A DNA stretch of 60,210 bases, counting the filler, from Actinomycetales bacterium (GTDB lineage: Bacteria; Actinomycetota; Actinomycetes; Actinomycetales; CAVURS01): the NCBI GenBank assembly GCA_045807245.1. It is 3 parts of 3 records of this genome, joined end to end, with 100 filler letters (N's around TTAATTAATTAA, not from the genome) between each part and the next. Parts side by side here need not be neighbours in the genome. Positions count along the whole stretch, not along the records: positions 1 to 15,433 come from JBJMHS010000086.1; positions 15,534 to 39,820 come from JBJMHS010000087.1; 1 more part is not named here. One strand, given 5' to 3'. Under the pieces are notes generated by a model. It worked only from the letters and a program-made list of their open reading frames with translations. It did no database searches and was not told the origin of the DNA. This document shows positions 9,666 through 19,347 of this stretch, one piece after another. Within the stretch, counting starts at the first letter, position 1. Every line of letters starts with the position of its first letter. The translations under genes and the position numbers were made by a program.

Positions 9666-9694
9666 GGATGAAACGAAACTGTTTCGTTTCATCC
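9666..9694. promoter_or_regulatory. Palindromic operator upstream of the TetR gene
   Basis: Perfect 14-bp inverted repeat GGATGAAACGAAAC-T-GTTTCGTTTCATCC, 21 bp upstream of the start codon. Confidence 0.75.
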
Positions 9695-9821
9695 GGCACG
9701 GTAACAGTGTCCTAGGTGAAAGATCAACTCTCTTAACCCGGCCGGTGCTCCCCACCCCGCGCGGTGCTCCCCGCAGCCCGGTGCGCAGGCCAAGATCTGG
9801 CCCGGTCGACAGGGCTGTGGG

Positions 9822-9935
9822 GAGTACGGGTGGCGCGGGGGAGTGCGGGTGGCGCGGGGGAGTGCGGGTGTCGCGGGGGAGTGCGGGTGGCGCGGGGGAG
9901 TGCGGGTGTCGCGGGGGAGTGCGGGTGGCGCGGGG
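9822..9935. repeat. Tandem repeat, 6 x 19 bp, G-rich
   Basis: Unit GAGT(A/G)CGGGTG(G/T)CGCGGGG at 9822, 9841, 9860, 9879, 9898 and 9917. Confidence 0.9.
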
Positions 9936-9945
9936 CAGTACGGCG

Positions 9946-11367
9946 TCAGAGGGGGATGTTGCCGTGCTGGCCGCGCCGCTGCGGGGCGTCGGCAATGGCC
10001 CGGGCGAGAGCACCGCGGGTGAGCGTGGGCTCGACGATCTCGTCGACGACGCCGATCTCCACGGCGCGAGCCAGCCCGCCGGCGAGCTGCTCGTGCTCGA
10101 CCGCAAGCTCGGCCTCGACCTGGGCCCGGGCGTCGTCGGCCACCTCGGCCAGCTTGCGCCGGTGCAGGATACGGATGGCCGCGATCGCCCCCATGACCGC
10201 GACCTCAGCCGTAGGCCACGCGAAAACCTTTGTGGCACCTAGCGACCGGGCGTTCATCGCGATGTACGCGCCGCCGTACGTCTTGCGCGTCACGAGCGTG
10301 ACTCGGGGCACCACCGACTCGGCGAACGCGTGCAGGAGCTTGGCCCCGCGGCGTACGACGCCGTCCCACTCCTGACCGACGCCCGGCAGGTACCCGGGCA
10401 CGTCGACCACGACGACGAGCGGTACGCCGAACGCGTCGCACATGCGCACGAAGCGCGCAGCCTTCTCGGCCGAGGAGGAGTCCAGGCAGCCGCCGAGGCG
10501 CATCGGGTTGTTGGCGATGATCCCGACGGTGCGACCGCCGAGCCGGCCCAGCGTGGTCGTGATGTTCGGCGCCCACTTCGGGTGCAGCTCGATGGCCTCG
10601 GACGGGTCGTCGACCAGCGCCTGGAGGAGGGGGTGCACGTCGTAGGCCCGCTTGGCCGACTCGGGGAAGCTCGCCGCCAGGTCGCGCTCCTCGACGGCGG
10701 CGACGTCCAGCTCGCCCTGGGCGCCGAGCAGCCGGGTGAGCAGCTGGGCCTTGGCGTAGGCCTCGTCGGTCGTGTCCGTCACGACGTGGACGACACCCGA
10801 GCGGCGCCCGTGCGGCTCCGGGCCGCCGAGCCGCAGCGCGTCGACGTTCTCGCCGGTCACCGAGCGCACCACGTCAGGGCCCGTGACGAAGACCCGTCCC
10901 TCCGGCCCGAGGATCACGATGTCGGTGAGGGCAGGCCCGTACGCCGCACCACCGGCCGCCGGGCCGATCACCACCGAGATCTGCGGGACCTTGCCGGACG
11001 CGCGGGTCATGATCGCGAAGACCTGTCCCACCGCGTGCAGCGAGACGACGCCTTCGCGGAGCCGGGCGCCGCCGGAGTGCCAGAGGCCGACGACGGGGGC
11101 GCCGTCGGCCAGCGCGCGCTCGTACGCCGTGAGGATGACGTCGCAGCCCGCCTTGCCCATCGCGCCGCCCTGGATGGTGGCGTCCGAGGCGAACGCGACC
11201 GCGGGCGTGCCGCTCACCAGCCCGCGACCGGCCAGCATCCCGCTGTCGTCGCGCTCGGTGATCAGCTCGAGGGTGCCGTCGTCGAAGAAGGTCTGCAGCC
11301 GCAGGACGGGGTCCCGTGGGTCGACCTCCACGTCGATCTCAGGTCCGGCCGTCGTGGGCGCGCTCAT
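9946..11367 (-). CDS. accD: Acyl-CoA carboxylase carboxyltransferase subunit (AccD6-like)
   Basis: HSGGARLREG, GPAAGGAAY, DVPGYLPG and RKTYGGAY; last gene of the fab operon. Confidence 0.9.
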   Translation of the reverse strand: MSAPTTAGPEIDVEVDPRDPVLRLQTFFDDGTLELITERDDSGMLAGRGLVSGTPAVAFASDATIQGGAMGKAGCDVILTAYERALADGAPVVGLWHSGGARLREGVVSLHAVGQVFAIMTRASGKVPQISVVIGPAAGGAAYGPALTDIVILGPEGRVFVTGPDVVRSVTGENVDALRLGGPEPHGRRSGVVHVVTDTTDEAYAKAQLLTRLLGAQGELDVAAVEERDLAASFPESAKRAYDVHPLLQALVDDPSEAIELHPKWAPNITTTLGRLGGRTVGIIANNPMRLGGCLDSSSAEKAARFVRMCDAFGVPLVVVVDVPGYLPGVGQEWDGVVRRGAKLLHAFAESVVPRVTLVTRKTYGGAYIAMNARSLGATKVFAWPTAEVAVMGAIAAIRILHRRKLAEVADDARAQVEAELAVEHEQLAGGLARAVEIGVVDEIVEPTLTRGALARAIADAPQRRGQHGNIPL

Positions 11368-12621
11368 TCAGGCGCTCCTGATCGCGAGGGCCACGTTGTG
11401 ACCGCCGAACCCGAACGAGTTGTTGAGGGCCACGATCTGCTCTCCCTCCCGGGGCAGCGCCCGCGGTTCCTTGCGCACCACGTCCAGGTCGATCTCGGGG
11501 TCGAGGTCGTCCACGTTGATCGTGGGCGGCGCCAGCCGGTGGTGGACGGCCAGGATGGTGAAGATGGACTCCAGTGCGCCGGCGGCCCCGAGCAGGTGGC
11601 CGGTCATCGACTTGGTGGCCGAGACGGCGACGTCGTCGCTCGCCGACCCCAGGGCCAGCCGGATCGCCCTCGCCTCGGCCGTGTCGCCGACCGGTGTCGA
11701 TGTGGCATGGGCGTTGAGGTGGACCACGTCGCCGGGGGAGGCCCCGGCCGCCTCGAGGGCGGCCTTCATGGCCCGGCCCGCGCCCGCACCCTCGGGCTCA
11801 GGCGCCGCGATGTGGTAGGCGTCAGAGGTCAGGCCCGCTCCGGCGATCTCGGCGTAGATCTTGGCGCCGCGCGCCTTGGCGTGCTCCTCCGTCTCCAGCA
11901 CGATGACCGCGGCGCCCTCGCCGAGGACGAAGCCGTCCCGCGTCACGTCGTACGGCCGGGATGCGGTCTCGGGGGAGTCGTTGCGTTGGGAGAGAGCCTG
12001 CATGGCAGCGAACCCGGCGATGGGCAGTGGGTGGATCGCCGCCTCGGTGCCCCCGGCGACGACGACGTCGGCCCGGCCGCCGCGGATCATGTCGACGGCG
12101 TAGGCGATGGCCTCGGCACCGGAGGCGCACGCGCTCACGGGGGTGTGTACGCCGGCGCGGGCACCGAGCTCGATGCCGACGGCGGCGGCCGGTCCGTTGG
12201 GCATGAGCATGGGGACGGTCAGCGGGAAGACGCGGCGAGGCCCCTTCTCCTTGAGCGTGTCGTAGGCCGACAGCAAGGTCCACACGCCGCCGATACCCGT
12301 GGCCACCACCACGCCCAACCGCTCCGGCGGCAGCTCGGGCCGCCCGGCGTCGCCCCACGCCTCGCGGGCCGCGGCCAGCGCGTACTGCCCGGCCGGGTCC
12401 AGCCGCCGGGTCTCGACCTTCGCGAGCTGCTCGGACGGGTCGACGGCCACCGACGCGGCGAAGGTGACCGGGATCTGCAGCTCGGTGACCCAGTCCTGCG
12501 TGAGCGTGCGCGCGCCGGACCGGCCGGCGAGCGCGGCGTCCCAGGTGGTCGGTACGTCACCGCCGAGGGGCGTGGTCGCGCCGAGACCGGTGACCACGAT
12601 GCGCGAGGTGGAGGGTGCCAT
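11368..12621 (-). CDS. fabF: Beta-ketoacyl-ACP synthase II
   Basis: SACASG (catalytic Cys), NAHATST, KSMTGHLLGAAG and NSFGFGGHN. Confidence 0.93.
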   Translation of the reverse strand: MAPSTSRIVVTGLGATTPLGGDVPTTWDAALAGRSGARTLTQDWVTELQIPVTFAASVAVDPSEQLAKVETRRLDPAGQYALAAAREAWGDAGRPELPPERLGVVVATGIGGVWTLLSAYDTLKEKGPRRVFPLTVPMLMPNGPAAAVGIELGARAGVHTPVSACASGAEAIAYAVDMIRGGRADVVVAGGTEAAIHPLPIAGFAAMQALSQRNDSPETASRPYDVTRDGFVLGEGAAVIVLETEEHAKARGAKIYAEIAGAGLTSDAYHIAAPEPEGAGAGRAMKAALEAAGASPGDVVHLNAHATSTPVGDTAEARAIRLALGSASDDVAVSATKSMTGHLLGAAGALESIFTILAVHHRLAPPTINVDDLDPEIDLDVVRKEPRALPREGEQIVALNNSFGFGGHNVALAIRSA

Positions 12622-12726
12622 GGGGAGGTTCGCTCCTTGTGGGACGGGTGAAGGTCGGTCAGGCCGGTTCGGCCCGGCCGGCCGGACCTCGTCGTACGAG
12701 GCCCGGGCCGGCGGCACGTAGGGAGC

Positions 12727-12975
12727 TCAGCCCTGGGCCGACTGGATGTAGGACACGGCGTCGCCCACGGTCGTGAGGTTCTTGACGTCGTCGTCGGGGA
12801 TCCGAACGCCGAACTTCTCCTCGGCGTTCACGACGATCGTCATCATCGACAAAGAGTCGATGTCGAGGTCGTCGGTGAAGGACTTCCCGGGCTCCACCGA
12901 GTCGACCGGCAGGCCGGTCTCTTCGTTGACGATCTCCGCGAGACCGCTGAGGATCTCCTGCTCGTTGCTGGCCAT
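12727..12975 (-). CDS. acpP: Acyl carrier protein
   Basis: DLDIDSLSM phosphopantetheine attachment site; 82 aa, acidic. Confidence 0.95.
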   Translation of the reverse strand: MASNEQEILSGLAEIVNEETGLPVDSVEPGKSFTDDLDIDSLSMMTIVVNAEEKFGVRIPDDDVKNLTTVGDAVSYIQSAQG

Positions 12976-13039
12976 CTGGGGCTGCTCCTGTTCTCGGTGT
13001 CGTGCTCGGTCGTGGCTGGGTACCGCTCGGCTGAGTCTG

Positions 13040-14101
13040 CTAGGGGAGGGTCACGACCTGCGAGGCGTAGACCAGGCCGGCGCCGAAGCCGATGAGCAAC
13101 GCCAGGCCGCCGTGCGGGGCCAGTCCCTCCTCGAGCATGCGGTCCATCGCCAGAGGAATGGACGCCGCGCTGGTGTTGCCCGTCGTCGTGATGTCCCGGG
13201 CGACGGCGACGTCCGCCGGCAGGCGCATCGCCTTGATCATCGAGTCGGTGATGCGCATGTTCGCCTGGTGCGGGATGAAGACGTCCAGGTCGTCCGCGCT
13301 CACTCCGGCCTTCTCCAGGGCCTGCTGCGCGATCGGCGCCATCTGCCAGACCGCCCAGCGGAACACCGTCTGGCCCTGCATGGTCAGGGCGGGCCACTCG
13401 ACGGTGTGCTCGCGCAGCTGCATCCAGCTGTGCTTCTGCGAGATGACATCCCACTGGGCCCCGTCGGAGCCCCAGACCGTCGGGCCGATACCCGGCGTCT
13501 CGGACGGTCCGATGACCACGGCACCGGCACCGTCGCCGAACAGGAACGCGGTCGACCGGTCGTGCACGTCGGTGATGTCTGACAACCGCTCGACCCCGAT
13601 GACGAGGACGTACTCGGCACTGCCGCCGCGGATCATGTCGTTGGCCAGGCTCACGCCGTAGCAGAAGCCCGCGCAGGCCGCGGAGATATCCATCGCCGCC
13701 GCTGGGGTGGCCCCGAGGTTGTGCGCGAGAAGCGCTGCGGCAGAAGGCGTTTGGTACAGATGGCTGACGGTGGCAACCAGTACGGCGCCGAGCCGGGACG
13801 GGTCTATGTCGGCCCGTTCGAGGGCCTTGCGCGCCGCCGCCTCGGACATCGCGAGGACGGTCTCGCTGTCGTCCGCCCAGCCCCTGGTGACGATGCCCGA
13901 GCGTTCGCGGATCCACTCGTCGGAGGAGTCGATGTACTGGCAGACCTCCTCGTTCGTGACCGCGCGCTTGGGCCGGTAGCTGCCGACACCGAGGATGCGG
14001 GCGTGCCGGGAGCCGCTCGGCGGGCTGATCTCGGCGCGGTTCTTGGCGACCGGGGGCGGACCCGGGGACGCGCTCGGCTCGATGTCCGACGACTCGGTCA
14101 T
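13040..14101 (-). CDS. fabH: Beta-ketoacyl-ACP synthase III
   Basis: AACAGF, FLFGDGAGA, PHQAN and GNTSAAS; ATGA overlap with the fabD stop. Confidence 0.93.
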   Translation of the reverse strand: MTESSDIEPSASPGPPPVAKNRAEISPPSGSRHARILGVGSYRPKRAVTNEEVCQYIDSSDEWIRERSGIVTRGWADDSETVLAMSEAAARKALERADIDPSRLGAVLVATVSHLYQTPSAAALLAHNLGATPAAAMDISAACAGFCYGVSLANDMIRGGSAEYVLVIGVERLSDITDVHDRSTAFLFGDGAGAVVIGPSETPGIGPTVWGSDGAQWDVISQKHSWMQLREHTVEWPALTMQGQTVFRWAVWQMAPIAQQALEKAGVSADDLDVFIPHQANMRITDSMIKAMRLPADVAVARDITTTGNTSAASIPLAMDRMLEEGLAPHGGLALLIGFGAGLVYASQVVTLP

Positions 14102-15288
14102 GATGACGCCGGTACCTCCACAGGGTGCAGTCGCAACAACGGTTGACCAGGGGCCACGGGGTCGCCGTCCTCCACCAGCCACTCGATCACCTGACCGCCG
14201 TGCGGTGCAACCACGGGGTAGCTGTCGCGCAAGGTCTCGACCACCGCGATCTGCGAGCCGGCGTCGACGCTGCTGCCAGCCTCGACGCCCGCGAACTGCA
14301 CTGTGCCCTTGGCCGGTGCGACGACGAGCCGCCAGGTCGGGTTGGCCGCAAGGGGGCTCGGCTCGCCATGGGCCTTGACCAGGTCGCGCGCCGCCGCGAG
14401 GTCGTCGGGCGTCTTCAGGGCGAGCACCTCGACATCCGGGAGAGCGCGTTTGGCCAGGTTGGCCAGCGTCCCGGCCGGTGGGATCTCGATCAGGCCGGTC
14501 ACTCCGAGGTCCTTGAAGGTCTGCAGGCACAGGTCCCAGCGCACCGGCTGGCTGACCTGTGCCACGAGCCGGCGCAGGACCTCGCGCCCGTCGTGGACGA
14601 CGGTGCCGTCGGCGTTCGAGAGCAGCTGGCTGCGCGGGTCGCGTGTCGTCATGGCCCGCGCGTATGTCGCGAGCACGTCGACGGCCGGCGCCATGTGCTG
14701 CGTGTGGAACGCGCCGGCCACCTGCAGCGGGATGACCCGCGCCTTGGCCGGCGGGTCCGCGGCGAGGTCAGCCAGCTGGTCCATCGTCCCGGCGGCGACG
14801 ACCTGGCCCTCGCTGTTGACGTTGGCTGCGGTGAGCCCGTGCCGGAGCAGGGCCTCGGCGACATCGTCGGGGGCGCCACCCACGACGGCGCTCATGCCGG
14901 TCGGCGTGACCGCGCTCGCGGCCGCCATGGCCCGGCCCCGCTCGCGGATAAAGACCATCGCCTGCTCGGCGGTGATGACGCCCGCCGCGGCCGCTGCGGT
15001 GATCTCGCCGACCGAGTGCCCCGCGCCGGCACCGACCTGGCGGAAGCCCTCGGCCGGGTGCTCGAACAGCGCCAACAGGCTGACCAGACCGGACGCGACG
15101 ATCAGCGGCTGCGTGATGGCCGTGTCGCGGATCGTCTCGGCGTCGGAGACGGTGCCGTGGGTCACCAGGTCGATGTCCGCGACGGCGGACAGCCAGCCGA
15201 GGCGGTCCCGGAAGCCGGGGAGCTCGAGCCAGGGGTTGAGGAAGCCGGGGGTCTGGGAGCCCTGGCCGGGACAGACGATGACGAGCAC
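14098..15288 (-). CDS. fabD: Malonyl-CoA:ACP transacylase with a C-terminal biotinyl/lipoyl-like domain
   Basis: PGQGSQ, GHSVGE, AGAFHT and PVRW, plus about 80 extra aa (VVAPAKGTV...GGQVIEWLVEDGDPVAPGQPLL). Confidence 0.9.
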   Translation of the reverse strand: MLVIVCPGQGSQTPGFLNPWLELPGFRDRLGWLSAVADIDLVTHGTVSDAETIRDTAITQPLIVASGLVSLLALFEHPAEGFRQVGAGAGHSVGEITAAAAAGVITAEQAMVFIRERGRAMAAASAVTPTGMSAVVGGAPDDVAEALLRHGLTAANVNSEGQVVAAGTMDQLADLAADPPAKARVIPLQVAGAFHTQHMAPAVDVLATYARAMTTRDPRSQLLSNADGTVVHDGREVLRRLVAQVSQPVRWDLCLQTFKDLGVTGLIEIPPAGTLANLAKRALPDVEVLALKTPDDLAAARDLVKAHGEPSPLAANPTWRLVVAPAKGTVQFAGVEAGSSVDAGSQIAVVETLRDSYPVVAPHGGQVIEWLVEDGDPVAPGQPLLRLHPVEVPASS

Positions 15289-15355
15289 GGGTGCCAGCCT
15301 TCCGTTCGCCGGGTCGTGAGGCGGTGGGGGACGCGGACGAAGTCTCGTGGGTCGA

Positions 15356-15388
15356 TCTAGAGGTTTCCTACAAAACCCTACAGGGCGA
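15356..15388. promoter_or_regulatory. Possible FasR/MabR-type site upstream of fabD
   Basis: AT-rich; the minus strand reads TTTTGTAGGAAACCTCTAG, resembling one half of the TTTTGT-N9-ACAAAA fab-operon site. CCTACA occurs twice. Confidence 0.35.
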
Positions 15389-15433
15389 CAGCGTGACCAT
15401 TGCCAGCCGGACGAGCCGGGCGAGCGGGGGAAG

Positions 15434-15533
15434 NNNNNNNNNNNNNNNNNNNNNNNNNNNNNNNNNNNNNNNNNNNNTTAATTAATTAANNNNNNNNNNN
15501 NNNNNNNNNNNNNNNNNNNNNNNNNNNNNNNNN
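15434..15533. other. Assembly gap / artificial linker
   Basis: N runs flanking TTAATTAATTAA (stops in all frames). Confidence 0.97.
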
Positions 15534-16388
15534 GAACGTGGTGTTGGGCACGCCGAGCCAGCCTGCGCGGTCGAGCGGCCAGACGATCAGCACGGCCCGG
15601 CCGACGACCAGGTCGATCGGCACCGAGCCGTCCTTGCCGGTGCCACCCGGGTCGTTGAACCGGGAGTCGCGCGAGATCTCGCGGTGGTCACCCATCACCC
15701 AGATCTTGCCTGCCGGCACGGTGATGCTGAAGTCCTTGTCGCTCGGCGAGTTTCCCGGGTACAGGTAGGGCTCGGTGATGGGGACGCCGTTGACGGTGAT
15801 CTTCCCCTTCGTGTCGCAGCAGACGACGTGGTCACCGGGTAGGCCGATCACCCGCTTGATCAGGTGGTCGTCGGCGTCGTTCGGCAGGAGCCCGATGAAG
15901 GTGAGTGCGTCGTGGACCGCGCCACTGACCTTGCCGCGCTGCTGCTGCACCGTCGGGTCGAGCCAGCCGCCCGGGTCCTTGAACACGACGATGTCGCCGC
16001 GTTTGAGGTCGAACGGCCCCGGGGTCAGCTTGCTGACGATCACCTTGTCGCCGCGCAGCAAGGTGTTCTCCATCGACCCGGAGGGGATGTAGAAGGCCTG
16101 TACCAGGAAGGTCTTGATGAGAAGGGACAGCACGAGCGCGATGCCGACGACGAGAGCCGTCTCGCGCAGCAGCCCGATCGCACCAGCACCGGCACCGCGG
16201 TGGCGGGACTCCGGCTTCGCCTCCGGCACCGTGTCGTGACCGCGCACCGCGCCGTGGCCGACAGCCGCGTCGTGGCCGCCAGCCGGTCGGCCATCGGCGG
16301 TGGTCTGCTCGTGGGGCCTGGCCTGCTCGTTCGGCTCGGGTGGACCAATGGGAGGAACGTTCTCCGGCTCGCGGGAGGTGTAGGTCAT
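15534..16388 (-). CDS. lepB: Signal peptidase I (3' end lost in the gap)
   Basis: IPSGSMENTL, LIKRVIGLPGD and MGDHREISRDSR. Confidence 0.92.
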
Positions 16389-17146
16389 CGCGCGCCTGCC
16401 ACCCCCGTGCCCTCATGAACCTTCGCCAGCTGCGGTGCCTCGGCGGGTGTCCCGACCCGGCCCAGCGGCCAGTAGATCGCGACGACCTTGCCGATCACCC
16501 TCGACTCCGGAACCGTACCTCCGCCGGGCTCGCCGAGATGCGCGCGGGAGTCGGCCGAGTCGGAGCGATGGTCACCCATGACCCACAGCCGCCCACCCGG
16601 TACGACGATGTTGAACGCCTCCGCGCTCGGTGTGTCACCCGGATAGAGGTAGGGCTCCTGCACCGGCACGCCGTTCACCGACAGCAGCCCCTGGCTGGTG
16701 CAGCACCGCACAGAGTCGCCCGGCAGACCGACGACCCGCTTGACGAAGTCGTGCTCCGAAGGCGCCATGCCGAAGAACGCGCCGACCGAGCGGGCCACGC
16801 GCGCGAACGTGCCGGTCGCCGGCGTGACCTCGGGCGCGAACGTGCCAGTTCCGTCGAACACCACGACGTCACCGCGGTGGATGTCAGCGAACCGGTAGCT
16901 GAGCTTCGACACGAGCACCCGGTCGCCAACATGCAGGGTCTGCTCCATCGAGCCAGAGGGAATGTAGAACGCCTGCACCACGAAGGCGCGGACCACCAGC
17001 GTGAGCACGAGGGCGATACCCACCAGGACGAGCAGGTCGCGCGTCGTACGGCGGGTCGGCGTGCGGTCGGCATCGTCGGCGTCGTCGGATGCGGAACCGG
17101 GCGGGACGGGTGCTCCGCCCTCCGGGGCAGTACGAGCCAGAGTCAT
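16385..17146 (-). CDS. lepB: Signal peptidase I (second copy)
   Basis: IPSGSMEQTL, FVKRVVGLPGD and MGDHRSDSADSR. Confidence 0.92.
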   Translation of the reverse strand: MTLARTAPEGGAPVPPGSASDDADDADRTPTRRTTRDLLVLVGIALVLTLVVRAFVVQAFYIPSGSMEQTLHVGDRVLVSKLSYRFADIHRGDVVVFDGTGTFAPEVTPATGTFARVARSVGAFFGMAPSEHDFVKRVVGLPGDSVRCCTSQGLLSVNGVPVQEPYLYPGDTPSAEAFNIVVPGGRLWVMGDHRSDSADSRAHLGEPGGGTVPESRVIGKVVAIYWPLGRVGTPAEAPQLAKVHEGTGVAGAR

Positions 17147-17188
17147 CGCTCGCGAGCGTAGCTCCGGGGACTGTGGTTCGCGCGCAGG

Positions 17189-17548
17189 TCAGCTGGTCGC
17201 CGACGTCTCGCGCTTCTCCTTGATCTTGGCGGCCTTGCCGCGCAGGTCGCGCAGGTAGTACAGCTTGGCCCGCCGTACGTCGCCGCGGGTCACGACCTCG
17301 ATCGAGTCGATGATCGGCGAGTGGACAGGGAAGGTCCGCTCCACGCCGACGCCGAAGCTGACCTTGCGGACGGTGAACGTCTCGCGGACGCCCGAGCCCT
17401 GACGGCGGATGACGACACCCTGGAACAGCTGCACCCGGGAGCGTGTGCCCTCGACGACCTTCACGTTGACTTTGAGCGTGTCCCCCGGACGGAAGGCCGG
17501 GATGTCGGTGCGGAGGCTGGCCTGGTCGAGACCGTCGAGCGTGTGCAT
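17189..17548 (-). CDS. rplS: 50S ribosomal protein L19
   Basis: [23 protein letters not shown] and [10 protein letters not shown]. Confidence 0.97.
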   Translation of the reverse strand: MHTLDGLDQASLRTDIPAFRPGDTLKVNVKVVEGTRSRVQLFQGVVIRRQGSGVRETFTVRKVSFGVGVERTFPVHSPIIDSIEVVTRGDVRRAKLYYLRDLRGKAAKIKEKRETSATS

Positions 17549-17717
17549 GCTGATGTCGCTTTCTCGCCGGTGCCACGGGTCACCCACGGTGGGGATCGGA
17601 TGGAGCCGCCGGAACCGCGGGACAACGCCTCCCCCGTGGCAGGGGCGCGGTCGGCGACGCAAGGATCGAGTTTGCCACAGGCGCGGTCGAGAGCCGAAAT
17701 CCGCGCCTGAGCGCGGC

Positions 17718-18554
17718 TCAGCCGCCGTCCGGCTCCAGCCCGCCCACCGCTTCCTGCGCCAACACGTCACGGTCACGGTCGTCCAGGCGGTCCGGGTCCA
17801 CCCGGGCCAGCAGGTCGGGCCGTCGTCGCGCCGTGCGACGGAGTCGTTCGTCCCGCCGCCAGCGCGCGACCTCGCCGTGGTGGCCCGACAGCAGCACCGC
17901 GGGGACGTCCAGGCCGCGCCAGCTGGCCGGCTTCGTGTAGACGGGGTACTCGAGCAGCCCTCCTTCGTGGCTCTCTTCGACCAGGCTGTGCACGTTGCCG
18001 ATCACGCCGGGCAGCAGCCGCGCGACGGCCTCGACGATGGTCAGGACCGCGACCTCGCCGCCGCCCAGGACGTAGTCGCCCAGGCTGACCGGTACCACCC
18101 GGAACGACCGCTCCGCGTCGACGAGCACCCGCTCGTCGATGCCTTCGTAGCGCCCGCAGGCGAAGACCAGTGCCGGCTCCCCGGCCAGGTCGCGGGCCAT
18201 CGCCTGGCTGAACGGCACTCCCGCCGGTGTCGGCACGAGCAGTACCGGACGCCGGTCGCCGCTGTCGGCCCTGTCGCCGCTGTCGCCGCCGTCGCCACCC
18301 TCAGCCCGGTGGGCCAGGTCCGCCAGGTCGGCCAGCACCGCGTCGAGCACCTCGCCCCACGGCTCCGGCCGCATCACCAGGCCGGCCCCACCGCCGTACG
18401 GCGTGTCGTCGACCGTGCGGTGCCGATCATGGGTGAAGTCGCGCAGGTCGCGTACGACGACGTCGAGCAGGCGCTGCTCCCGGGCCTTGCCGATGAGCGA
18501 CAACGACAGCGGGGCCAGGTAGTCCGGGAAGATCGTGACGATGTCGATGCGCAT
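17718..18554 (-). CDS. trmD: tRNA (guanine-N1)-methyltransferase
   Basis: [29 protein letters not shown] and [11 protein letters not shown]. Confidence 0.95.
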   Translation of the reverse strand: MRIDIVTIFPDYLAPLSLSLIGKAREQRLLDVVVRDLRDFTHDRHRTVDDTPYGGGAGLVMRPEPWGEVLDAVLADLADLAHRAEGGDGGDSGDRADSGDRRPVLLVPTPAGVPFSQAMARDLAGEPALVFACGRYEGIDERVLVDAERSFRVVPVSLGDYVLGGGEVAVLTIVEAVARLLPGVIGNVHSLVEESHEGGLLEYPVYTKPASWRGLDVPAVLLSGHHGEVARWRRDERLRRTARRRPDLLARVDPDRLDDRDRDVLAQEAVGGLEPDGG

Positions 18555-18558
18555 CGGC

Positions 18559-19077
18559 TCAGACATCGCCGTCGTCGTCGAACAGCCCGCCCGGCGGGTC
18601 GATGACGATTCGGCCGGCCTTGACGTCGACCTCGGGGACCAGGGCGGACACGAACGGCACCAGGACCTCTGCGGCTTCGGGGGTCCGGACGACGAGCAGG
18701 TCCTGGGCCGGCCGGTGCTCGAGGCGGACGACCGTCCCCAGCGATGTTCCACCCGGGTCGACGGCTGAAAGACCGACCAGCTCGTGGTCGTACCACTCGT
18801 CCGACCGGTCCGGCCCGTCGTCCTCGGTCTCGACCACGAGCAGGACGCCGCGCAGCCCCTCGGCCTGGGTGCGGTCAGCGATGCCGTCGAAGCGCAGGAT
18901 GGTGCGCCCCGACTGGTCGCGGACGGAGGCCAGGCGCAACGGCCCGGCGGTGACCGGGTCGGTTCGCAGCTCGGCCCCCACGACGAAGCGGCGGCCGGGG
19001 TCGTCGGTGCGGACCTCCACGCTGACCTCGCCGCGCAAGCCCTGCGGGCGCCCGATCCGGGCCACGACGAGCTCCAT
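18559..19077 (-). CDS. rimM: Ribosome maturation factor RimM
   Basis: [20 protein letters not shown] and IDPPGGL; position between khpA and trmD. Confidence 0.93.
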   Translation of the reverse strand: MELVVARIGRPQGLRGEVSVEVRTDDPGRRFVVGAELRTDPVTAGPLRLASVRDQSGRTILRFDGIADRTQAEGLRGVLLVVETEDDGPDRSDEWYDHELVGLSAVDPGGTSLGTVVRLEHRPAQDLLVVRTPEAAEVLVPFVSALVPEVDVKAGRIVIDPPGGLFDDDGDV

Positions 19078-19101
19078 CTACCGCTCGCTCAGCGTTGACA
19101 G

Positions 19102-19344
19102 TCAGCGCTGGCGGTCGGTGTCGACGATGTCGATGCGGACGCTGGGCCCGCTGGCGAGGGCACCGATGACGGTCCGCAGCGCGCTCGCGGTACGGCCGGA
19201 CCGGCCGATGACCCGCCCGAGGTCGTCCGGGTGTACCCGCACCTCGAGCAGCTCGCCCCGGCGAAGGCTCTTGCGCCGGACCAGCACGTCGTCCGGATGT
19301 TCGACGATGCCTCGGACCAGATGCTCGAGAGCCTCCTCGAGCAC
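19102..19344 (-). CDS. khpA: KH-domain RNA-binding protein
   Basis: VHPDDLGRVIGRSGRTA; lies directly after rpsP. Confidence 0.9.
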   Translation of the reverse strand: MLEEALEHLVRGIVEHPDDVLVRRKSLRRGELLEVRVHPDDLGRVIGRSGRTASALRTVIGALASGPSVRIDIVDTDRQR

Positions 19345-19347
19345 GGG

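Noticed and set aside
9741..9940. Possible CRISPR array (GTGCTCCCCGC resembles the start of a type I-E repeat)
   Set aside because: The units are contiguous 19-mers without unique spacers, and no cas genes are present.
15434..15533. TTAATTAATTAA motif and fabD-lepB adjacency (also ftsY next to ABC-F at 39821-39920)
   Set aside because: Artificial contig linker; truncated lepB, ftsY and ABC-F are assembly effects, not pseudogenes or rearrangements.
15534..17146. Tandem signal peptidase I genes
   Set aside because: Multiple lepB/sip genes after rplS are commonplace in Actinobacteria.
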